DNA of 32,000 nt from NCBI GenBank assembly GCA_905221185.1, contig CAJNCE010000003.1:11540-43539 (forward strand). The letters are read 5' to 3'. The position numbers were made by a program, and so were the translations under genes. The DNA comes from a bacterium (GTDB lineage Bacteria; Bacillota; Bacilli; Lactobacillales; Streptococcaceae). Under the pieces are notes generated by a model, which worked only from the letters and a program-made list of their open reading frames with translations, had not been told where the DNA came from and searched no databases. This document shows, piece after piece, positions 25,628 through 32,000 of the stretch. Positions within the stretch are counted from its first letter, which is position 1, and every line of letters begins with the position of its first letter.

Positions 25628-25705
25628 CCTTTCACATTGGGACTAAGAGTGAAAGGAGATAAACGAGCAAGGCTCACTTCCTTTCCTAGACAGAAAGGGG
25701 GTGAG
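25628..25705 (+). promoter_or_regulatory. Pair of alternative RNA hairpins upstream of orf7; the second sequesters the orf7 SD
   Basis: Hairpin 1 is CCTTTCAC (25628-25635) / GTGAAAGG (25649-25656). Hairpin 2 is CTCACTTCCTTTC (25673-25685) / GAAAGGGGGTGAG (25693-25705), 13 bp including 2 G-U, 7-nt loop. GAAAGGAG (25651-25658) can instead pair with TTCCTTTC (25678-25685). Confidence 0.55.
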
Positions 25706-25709
25706 AAAC

Positions 25710-26132
25710 ATGAAACCATCTTCTTTTCAGACCACAATAGAAAATCAGTTTGACTATATCTGTAAACGTGCTATGGAAGACGAGCGAAAGAATTATATGC
25801 TTTATCTTTCAAGGATTGCAAAGCGTGAGGTGTCCTTTTCGGATGTTGGCGATTATCTTGTTAGCCAGTTTGCGACAACAGATAACTATTCAACTGACTT
25901 TCAGATTTTTACACTCAATGGGTTATCAGTAGGCGTTGAAAATGATTTGTTGAGTGAAGCATTACGTGAGTTGCCAGACAAGAAACGTGAAATTCTACTG
26001 CTGTTTTACTTTATGGACATGAGCGATTCAGAAATTGCAGACCTGTTGAAATTGAACCGTTCTACTGTCTATCGGCATAGAACCAGTGGACTAGCCTTAA
26101 TTAAAAAGTTTATGGAGGAATTTGAAGAATGA
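25710..26132 (+). CDS. Sigma-70 region-4-like transcriptional regulator (Tn916 Orf7)
   Basis: The ATG at 25710 (MKPSSFQTT) lies 9 nt after an AAAGGGGG SD. The track starts at the GTG at 25701. The C-terminal LPDKKREILLLFYFMDMSDSEIADLLKLNRSTVYRHR is a sigma region 4 HTH. Confidence 0.88.
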   Translation: MKPSSFQTTIENQFDYICKRAMEDERKNYMLYLSRIAKREVSFSDVGDYLVSQFATTDNYSTDFQIFTLNGLSVGVENDLLSEALRELPDKKREILLLFYFMDMSDSEIADLLKLNRSTVYRHRTSGLALIKKFMEEFEE

Positions 26133-26359
26133 AAACACAATATCCTATGATTCCCTTTCCTCTCATTGTAAAGGCAACAGATGGCGATACCGAAGCGATT
26201 AACCAGATTCTACATCATTACAGAGGGTACATAACGAAGCGTTCCCTACGACTTATGAAAGATGAATATGGCAATCAAAGTATGGTCGTTGATGAAGTCT
26301 TACGTGGAAGAATGGAAACCAGACTGATTACAAAGATTTTGTCATTTGAAATTAAGTAA
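26129..26359 (+). CDS. Small HTH-like regulatory protein (Tn916 Orf8)
   Basis: 76-aa ORF, translationally coupled to orf7 (ATGA overlap). Conserved position. Confidence 0.8.
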   Translation: MKTQYPMIPFPLIVKATDGDTEAINQILHHYRGYITKRSLRLMKDEYGNQSMVVDEVLRGRMETRLITKILSFEIK

Positions 26360-26819
26360 TATCCTCTCTCCTTTCGTGGAAGCGTGCTAAACCATTCCAC
26401 GCTTCCCGAACAGGGAGGTTTGTTATTCCACCAAAGCATATTGAGCTTTCAATGTGTTTTGATAGGCTAACGAGCCATTGTTCTTTGAAAACTGACTAAA
26501 AGTAATCGAATACGTTTCGATAAGAAAAGAGCCAACGGAACTAACCGCCATGACCTATCTTATAAAGATAGCGAGCGATTCATGTTAGTGATCCGAGAAG
26601 CAATCTTTAGCAGGATTGCCTGCAACGACATTCTTATCGTGATAATGATACTCCCATACAGTCAATAGTCCGAGCGTGATAAAACCGTCGCAGGCAATGA
26701 GTATGGCTACATGAGAACCATGCAGGGGTGGAACTCCCGTGAGCTTTGCTAAAGCTGTTCGATTGCTGGTAAAACAACTTTTATGAAATCCAAATAAGTG
26801 ATTTGGAAAGGAGGATTTT

Positions 26820-27023
26820 ATGAAGCAGACTGACATTCCTATTTGGGAACGTTATACCCTAACCATTGAAGAAGCGTCAAAATATTTTCGTATTGGCGAA
26901 AACAAGCTACGACGCTTGGCAGAGGAAAATAAAAATGCAAATTGGCTGATTATGAATGGCAATCGTATTCAGATTAAACGAAAACAATTTGAAAAAATTA
27001 TAGATACATTGGACGCAATCTAG
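26820..27023 (+). CDS. xis: Excisionase (Xis-Tn916)
   Basis: 67-aa ORF after an [32 protein letters not shown] is a winged-helix excisionase motif. It lies immediately upstream of int. Confidence 0.92.
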
Positions 27024-27104
27024 CGTCGCCAAAGGGTCTTGTATATGATAAAATAGTATTAAGTCGTATCAAGGCTCTTTCCATAAAGGAAAGGAGCAAA
27101 TGCC

Positions 27105-28322
27105 ATGTCAGAAAAAAGACGTGACAATAAAGGTCGAATCTTAAAGACTGGAGAGAGCCAACGAAAAGACGGAAGATACTTATACAAATATATAGATTCA
27201 TTTGGAGAACCGCAATTTGTTTACTCGTGGAAACTTGTGGCTACAGACCGAGTACCAGCAGGAAAGCGTGATTGTATCTCACTTAGAGAGAAAATCGCAG
27301 AGTTACAGAAAGACATTCATGATGGTATTGATGTTGTAGGAAAGAAAATGACACTCTGCCAGCTTTACGCAAAACAGAACGCTCAAAGACCAAAGGTTAG
27401 AAAAAACACTGAAACTGGACGCAAATATCTTATGGATATTTTGAAGAAAGACAAGTTAGGTGTAAGAAGTATTGACAGTATTAAGCCATCAGACGCTAAA
27501 GAATGGGCTATTAGAATGAGTGAAAATGGTTATGCTTATCAAACCATCAATAACTACAAACGTTCTTTAAAGGCTTCATTCTATATTGCTATACAAGATG
27601 ATTGTGTTCGGAAGAATCCATTTGACTTTCAACTGAAAGCAGTTCTTGATGATGATACTGTCCCTAAGACCGTACTAACAGAAGAACAGGAAGAAAAACT
27701 GTTAGCCTTTGCAAAAGCTGATAAAACCTACAGCAAAAATTATGATGAAATTCTGATACTCTTAAAAACAGGTCTTCGTATTTCAGAGTTTGGTGGTTTG
27801 ACACTTCCAGATTTAGATTTTGAGAATCGTCTTGTCAATATAGACCATCAGCTATTGAGAGATACTGAAATTGGGTACTACATTGAAACACCAAAGACCA
27901 AAAGTGGCGAACGTCAAGTTCCTATGGTTGAAGAAGCCTATCAAGCATTTAAGCGAGTGTTAGCGAATCGAAAGAATGATAAGCGTGTTGAGATTGATGG
28001 ATATAGTGATTTCCTCTTTCTTAATAGAAAGAACTATCCAAAAGTGGCAAGTGATTACAACGGCATGATGAAAGGTCTTGTTAAGAAATACAATAAGTAT
28101 AACGAGGATAAATTGCCACACATCACTCCACATAGTTTGCGACATACATTCTGTACCAACTATGCAAATGCAGGAATGAATCCAAAGGCATTACAGTACA
28201 TTATGGGACATGCTAATATAGCCATGACGCTGAACTATTACGCACATGCAACATTCGATTCTGCAATGGCAGAAATGAAACGCTTGAATAAAGAGAAGCA
28301 ACAGGAGCGTCTTGTTGCTTAG
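27105..28322 (+). CDS. int: Tyrosine recombinase/integrase (Int-Tn916)
   Basis: 405-aa ORF. Basic N-terminal arm-binding domain. Catalytic residues in context (R in LKTGLRISE, HSLRHTF, HANIAMTLNYYAH with the nucleophilic Y). Confidence 0.95.
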   Translation: MSEKRRDNKGRILKTGESQRKDGRYLYKYIDSFGEPQFVYSWKLVATDRVPAGKRDCISLREKIAELQKDIHDGIDVVGKKMTLCQLYAKQNAQRPKVRKNTETGRKYLMDILKKDKLGVRSIDSIKPSDAKEWAIRMSENGYAYQTINNYKRSLKASFYIAIQDDCVRKNPFDFQLKAVLDDDTVPKTVLTEEQEEKLLAFAKADKTYSKNYDEILILLKTGLRISEFGGLTLPDLDFENRLVNIDHQLLRDTEIGYYIETPKTKSGERQVPMVEEAYQAFKRVLANRKNDKRVEIDGYSDFLFLNRKNYPKVASDYNGMMKGLVKKYNKYNEDKLPHITPHSLRHTFCTNYANAGMNPKALQYIMGHANIAMTLNYYAHATFDSAMAEMKRLNKEKQQERLVA

Positions 28323-28333
28323 TAGTACAAATG

Positions 28334-28355
28334 AATTTACTACTTATTTACCACT
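28334..28355 (+). repeat. Int arm-type repeats at the int end (AATTTACTACT plus degenerate TATTTACCACT)
   Basis: 28334-28344 is identical to the two 11-mers at 10544-10565. 28345-28355 matches at 9 of 11 positions. AGTAGTA (28321-28327) forms a 7-bp inverted repeat with TACTACT (28338-28344). Confidence 0.65.
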
Positions 28356-28470
28356 TCTGACAGCTAAGACATGAGGAAATATGCAAAGAAACGTGAAGTA
28401 TCTTCCTACAGTAAAAATACTCGAAAGCACATAGAATAAGGCTTTACGAGCATTTAAGAAAATATAAAAA

Positions 28471-28496
28471 GATAATTAGAAATTTATACTTTGTTT
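28471..28496. repeat. Tn916 terminal inverted repeat (int-proximal end)
   Basis: The reverse complement matches 10461-10486 at 20 of 26 positions. Confidence 0.8.
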
Positions 28497-28531
28497 CAAA
28501 TAAAAAAAGGCCTATTTCCCCAACGTATGGT

Positions 28532-28560
28532 TTGAAAAATCACCCTCTTTTGTTTATAAT
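28532..28560 (+). promoter_or_regulatory. Host promoter of the DUF3290/DUF421 operon (-35 TTGAAA, 17 nt, -10 TATAAT)
   Basis: TTGAAA at 28532-28537, a 17-nt spacer, TATAAT at 28555-28560. This is about 35 bp outside the transposon end and 33 nt upstream of the ATG at 28594. Confidence 0.65.
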
Positions 28561-28593
28561 GAAGAATGATTTTATGAAAGGGAGTGAAAATAA

Positions 28594-29049
28594 ATGAAAT
28601 TTTACTCATATGACTATGTGCTTAGCCAAATCAGTCAGCAAAATGGCATCATGATTGGCTTGGGGATTGTGCTCCTAGCTATCACAGGATTTTTTGCTTT
28701 TAAAGCCTATAGAGATAAAAAGGGGACTAAATTTCGGGAATTGGTCATGATTTTGGCCCTGACCTTAGTGGCCATGCTTTTGGTGACGATTTCAAAATAC
28801 CAGACCAATCAAGCCTCTAACAATCAATTTCAAACTTCCCTTCATTTCATAGAGGTCATTTCCAAAGACTTGGGAGTGGATAGATCAGAAGTTTATGTCA
28901 ATACTTCTGCAACCACTGATGGAGCGCTAATCAAGGTAGGTCCAAATTTCTACCGCGCTATGAACGGGAGCCAACCAGACAAGTATCTTTTAGAGAAATT
29001 AGAATTGCATCAAACAGACGCTATTGAATTGGTGGAGGTAAACAAATGA
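28594..29049 (+). CDS. DUF3290-family small membrane protein
   Basis: 151-aa ORF with two N-terminal TM helices. GGGAG SD. ATGA overlap with the next gene, a pairing with DUF421 that is typical in Firmicutes. Confidence 0.7.
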   Translation: MKFYSYDYVLSQISQQNGIMIGLGIVLLAITGFFAFKAYRDKKGTKFRELVMILALTLVAMLLVTISKYQTNQASNNQFQTSLHFIEVISKDLGVDRSEVYVNTSATTDGALIKVGPNFYRAMNGSQPDKYLLEKLELHQTDAIELVEVNK

Positions 29050-29681
29050 CACTCAACTATATGGAAATTTTAATCAAACTGGCCTTGGGTCTTTTCTCGC
29101 TTGTTTTTGTTATCAATGTGACAGGAAAGGGAAATCTGGCGCCTAACTCTGCGACAGACCAAATTCAGAACTATGTTCTCGGTGGTATTCTCGGTGGGGT
29201 GATTTACAATAGTTCTATTAGCATTCTCCAGTACGCAGTGATTTTGATGATGTGGACGATTTTGGTTTTGACCCTCAAATGGCTTAATAACAATGTTCGT
29301 TTTGTCAAACGCTTGATTGATGGAAAACCAACTCTCCTCATTAAAAATGGGCAGATTGACCCAGAGGCTTGTCGTTCAGTTGGTTTGTCTGCGGCAGATG
29401 TAGCCCTTAAACTTCGTAGTCAAGGGATTTTCCAGATGAAGCAAGTTAAACGAGCTGTGCAAGAGCAAAATGGCCAACTCATCGTGGTACAAATGGGAGA
29501 TGAAAATCCTAAGTATCCAGTTGTGACTGACGGTGTGATCCAAGTCGATGTTTTGGAATCGATTGGCCGTAGCGAAGAGTGGCTGCTTGATAACCTCAGC
29601 AAACAAGGACATGACAATGTTGCCAATATCTTTATTGCTGAGTATGACAAGGGTGCGGTCACAGTCGTAACCTATGAATAA
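29046..29681 (+). CDS. DUF421 (YetF/YdfS-like) membrane protein
   Basis: 211-aa ORF. N-terminal TM helices plus a soluble C-domain. Translationally coupled to the DUF3290 gene. Confidence 0.7.
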   Translation: MTLNYMEILIKLALGLFSLVFVINVTGKGNLAPNSATDQIQNYVLGGILGGVIYNSSISILQYAVILMMWTILVLTLKWLNNNVRFVKRLIDGKPTLLIKNGQIDPEACRSVGLSAADVALKLRSQGIFQMKQVKRAVQEQNGQLIVVQMGDENPKYPVVTDGVIQVDVLESIGRSEEWLLDNLSKQGHDNVANIFIAEYDKGAVTVVTYE

Positions 29682-29694
29682 GAAGAACCTGGGG

Positions 29695-29846
29695 TTTTGT
29701 ACTCTTCGAAAATCTCTTCAAACCGCGTCAACGTCGCCTTGCCGTATGTAGGTTACTGACTTCGTCAGTTCTATCTACAACCTCAAAGCAGTGCTTTGAG
29801 CAGCCTGCGGCTAGTTTCCTAGTTTGTTCTTTGATTTTCATTGAGT
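29695..29846 (+). repeat. BOX element (boxA-boxB-boxC), Mitis-group streptococcal intergenic repeat
   Basis: Recognisable modules: TTTGTACTCTTCGAAAATCTCTTCAAACC... (boxA), TTACTGACTTCGTCAGTTCTATCTACAACCTCAAAGCAGTGCTTTGAGC (boxB), AGCCTGCGGCTAGTTTCCTAGTTTGTTCTTTGATTTTCATTGAGT (boxC). Confidence 0.85.
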
Positions 29847-29886
29847 CTTGGCTTCAGGTTTCCATTTGCAATCAGAAAGGGATTTT

Positions 29887-31632
29887 ATGTCCATTATTCA
29901 AAAGCTTTGGTGGTTTTTCAAGTTAGAAAAACGCCGTTATTTAGTCGGGATTGTGGCCCTGGTCTTGGTTTCCGTCCTCAATCTCATTCCCCCTATGGTC
30001 ATGGGGCGGGTCATTGATGCTATCACATCGGGGCAATTAACCCAGCAGGACCTTCTTCTTGACCTATTTTACTTGCTTCTTGCGGCCTTTGGGATGTACT
30101 ATCTGCGCTATGTTTGGCGGATGTATATCCTTGGAACTTCCTACCGTTTGGGGCAGATTATGCGGTCTCGCTTGTTTGAGCATTTCACAAAAATGTCTCC
30201 ATCCTTTTATCAGACCTATCGGACGGGGGACCTGATGGCACACGCAACCAATGATATCAATGCCCTAACGCGTCTGGCAGGGGGTGGTGTTATGTCTGCC
30301 GTGGATGCCTCTATCACGGCTTTAGTGACCTTGCTGACCATGCTCTTTAGCATTTCATGGCAAATGACCTTGGTTGCCATTCTGCCCCTGCCTTTCATGG
30401 CTTATGCGACCAGTCGTCTAGGGAGAAAGACCCACAAGGCTTTTGGCGAATCACAGGCTGCCTTTTCCGAACTCAATAACAAGGTACAAGAGTCTGTATC
30501 AGGTATCAAAGTGACCAAATCTTTCGGTTACCAGGCGGACGAGTTGAAGTCCTTTCAGGCAGTCAATGAATTGACCTTCCAAAAGAACCTTCAAACTATG
30601 AAATACGATAGTCTCTTTGACCCCATGGTTCTCTTATTTGTTGGTTCCTCCTATGTTTTAACCCTCTTGGTCGGCTCCTTGATGGTTCAGAAAGGGCAAA
30701 TCACAGTTGGAAATCTGGTTACCTTTATCAGCTACTTGGATATGCTGGTTTGGCCTCTTATGGCCATCGGTTTCCTCTTTAATATCACTCAGCGAGGGAA
30801 GGTTTCTTACCAGCGGATTGAAGAACTTTTGTCTCAGAAATCACCTGTACAAGACCCTGAGTTTCCTTTAGATGGCATTGAAAACGGGCGCTTGCAGTAC
30901 GATATTGACAGATTTGCCTTTGAAAATGAGGAAACACTGACAAATGTTCACTTTAGTTTGGAAAAAGGTCAAACTCTGGGCTTGGTTGGTCAGACAGGCT
31001 CTGGAAAAACGTCCTTGATCAAGCTCCTCTTGCGTGAATACGATGTGGATAAGGGTGCTATTTACCTAAACGGTCATAATATTCGGGACTATCGTCTGAC
31101 GGACCTTCGCAGTCTCATGGGCTATGTTCCTCAGGACCAGTTCCTCTTTGCGACTTCAATCTTAGACAATATCCGCTTTGGGAATCCTGCGTTACCACTT
31201 TCAGCGGTCGAGGAAGCGACCAAGCTAGCTCAAGTTTACCAAGATATTGTAGCCATTCCTCAGGGATTTGATACGCTGATTGGTGAAAAGGGAGTCAGTC
31301 TTTCTGGTGGTCAAAAGCAGCGTCTGGCCATGAGTCGGGCGATGATTTTAGACCCTGATATCTTGATTTTGGATGATTCTTTGTCAGCTGTGGATGCCAA
31401 GACGGAGTATGCGATTATCGACAATCTCAAGGAAACACGTAAGGACAAGACAACCATCATCACGGCCCATCGCCTCAGTGCAGTTGTCCATGCAGATTTG
31501 ATTTTAGTCCTGCAAAATGGTCAAATTATCGAACGAGGCAGGCACGAAGACCTGCTAGCTTTGAATGGCTGGTATGCCCAAACCTACCAGTCTCAGCAGC
31601 TGGAAATGAAGGGAGAAGAAGATGCAGAATAA
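29887..31632 (+). CDS. ABC exporter, fused permease/ATPase subunit (heterodimeric multidrug-type, first half)
   Basis: The ATG at 29887 (MSIIQKLWWF) follows a GAAAGGGA SD. The track ORF starts at a TTG inside the BOX element. Six TM helices, Walker A GQTGSGKTS, signature LSGGQKQR, Walker B ILILDD. Confidence 0.9.
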   Translation: MSIIQKLWWFFKLEKRRYLVGIVALVLVSVLNLIPPMVMGRVIDAITSGQLTQQDLLLDLFYLLLAAFGMYYLRYVWRMYILGTSYRLGQIMRSRLFEHFTKMSPSFYQTYRTGDLMAHATNDINALTRLAGGGVMSAVDASITALVTLLTMLFSISWQMTLVAILPLPFMAYATSRLGRKTHKAFGESQAAFSELNNKVQESVSGIKVTKSFGYQADELKSFQAVNELTFQKNLQTMKYDSLFDPMVLLFVGSSYVLTLLVGSLMVQKGQITVGNLVTFISYLDMLVWPLMAIGFLFNITQRGKVSYQRIEELLSQKSPVQDPEFPLDGIENGRLQYDIDRFAFENEETLTNVHFSLEKGQTLGLVGQTGSGKTSLIKLLLREYDVDKGAIYLNGHNIRDYRLTDLRSLMGYVPQDQFLFATSILDNIRFGNPALPLSAVEEATKLAQVYQDIVAIPQGFDTLIGEKGVSLSGGQKQRLAMSRAMILDPDILILDDSLSAVDAKTEYAIIDNLKETRKDKTTIITAHRLSAVVHADLILVLQNGQIIERGRHEDLLALNGWYAQTYQSQQLEMKGEEDAE

Positions 31633-32000
31633 GAAAGAACAATGGACTGTATTGAAACGCTTGATGTCCTATCTCAAGCCTTATGGACTCCTGACTTTTT
31701 TGGCACTCAGTTTTCTCCTAGCGACGACGGTCATTAAAAGTATCATTCCCCTTGTGGCCTCCCACTTTATCGACCAGTACCTCAGCAATCTCAACCAACT
31801 CGCTGTGACCGTTTTGTTGGCCTACTATGGCCTTTATATCCTACAAACTCTGGTCCAGTATGTCGGCAATCTTCTCTTTGCGCGCGTGTCTTACAGTATT
31901 GTTAGGGATATTCGTCGGGATGCCTTTGCCAATACGGAAAAGCTGGGCATGTCTTATTTTGACAAGACGCCAGCAGGCTCTATCGTCTCTCGTTTGACAA
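31622..32000 (+). CDS. ABC exporter permease/ATPase, second subunit (5' partial, runs off the window)
   Basis: The ATG at 31622 overlaps the end of the preceding gene. MQNKKEQWTVLKRLMSYLKPYGLL... is a typical ABC-exporter TMD N-terminus. The frame is open to the window end. Confidence 0.8.
   Translation, partial: MQNKKEQWTVLKRLMSYLKPYGLLTFLALSFLLATTVIKSIIPLVASHFIDQYLSNLNQLAVTVLLAYYGLYILQTLVQYVGNLLFARVSYSIVRDIRRDAFANTEKLGMSYFDKTPAGSIVSRLT

Larger units (their letters stand above)
10461..28496 (+). mobile_element. Tn916-family integrative conjugative element (conjugative transposon) carrying tet(M); complete, about 18.0 kb
   Basis: Full canonical gene order from orf23 to int. Terminal 26-bp imperfect inverted repeats. 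Int arm-site direct repeats inside both ends. The element sits in an AT-rich intergenic target. The length (~18,036 bp) matches the ~18 kb of Tn916. Boundaries are good to about +/-5 bp because the coupling sequences cannot be resolved without an empty site. Confidence 0.92.

Noticed and set aside
25565-25753. 62-aa ORF running through the orf7 upstream hairpins.
   Set aside because: It has no convincing SD before its ATG and overlaps the orf7 start out of frame. I kept it only as a speculative leader in the orf7 finding and do not annotate it as a gene.
26585-26836. 83-aa minus-strand ORF between orf8 and xis. Its size coincides with what I recall being labelled orf5 in the original Tn916 annotation.
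   Set aside because: It has no SD. Its start overlaps the xis start on the opposite strand, and it has no recognisable motif. I cannot confirm the strand of the historical orf5 from memory, so its coding status is unsupported by the sequence alone.
10461-28496. Search for extra cargo in the element: defence systems, toxin-antitoxin pairs, additional resistance genes, group II intron, IS elements.
   Set aside because: The element length equals canonical Tn916, and every ORF above 60 aa maps to a known Tn916 gene. The intergenic gaps are small and are explained by leader, oriT and regulatory structures.

Overview
This window is a chromosomal segment of a Mitis-group Streptococcus (S. pneumoniae/mitis/oralis-like). 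It is interrupted by one complete, canonical-size Tn916-family conjugative transposon carrying tet(M), at about 10461-28496 (~18.0 kb). The taxon call rests on a BOX element and on the gene order sczA-czcD, galR/galK-galT, xpt-pbuX, exoA.

Left chromosomal flank: TetR-family regulator and CDF zinc exporter with two palindromic operators; galR and a galK-HAD-galT operon; PaaI thioesterase; a guanine-riboswitch-controlled xpt-pbuX operon; a VOC/glyoxalase gene; exoA.

Tn916 shows the textbook order: orf24-end, orf23, orf22, orf21 (FtsK-like coupling protein), oriT, orf20 (relaxase), orf19, orf18 (ArdA), orf17, orf16 (VirB4-like), orf15, orf14 (cell-wall hydrolase), orf13, orf12 leader, tet(M), orf6, orf9 (minus strand), orf7, orf8, xis, int. 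It is bounded by 26-bp imperfect inverted repeats (20/26 identical) and has Int arm-site direct repeats inside both ends.

Right flank: a DUF3290/DUF421 membrane pair, a BOX A-B-C element, and two ABC exporter genes (the second truncated by the window end).

I find no unexplained cargo gene and nothing I can defend as a previously undescribed system. All sizeable ORFs in the accessory region are accounted for by known Tn916 modules.

The observations most worth follow-up are structural or regulatory:
- an inward-facing strong intrinsic terminator just inside the orf24 end;
- mutually exclusive hairpins that bury the orf7 ribosome-binding site;
- a 16-bp hairpin upstream of ardA;
- a 19-bp perfect hairpin at the orf6/orf9 convergence;
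- the element abutting the exoA extended -10, with no strong terminator between int and the downstream host operon;
- a low-GC HAD phosphatase gene wedged, translationally coupled, between galK and galT.
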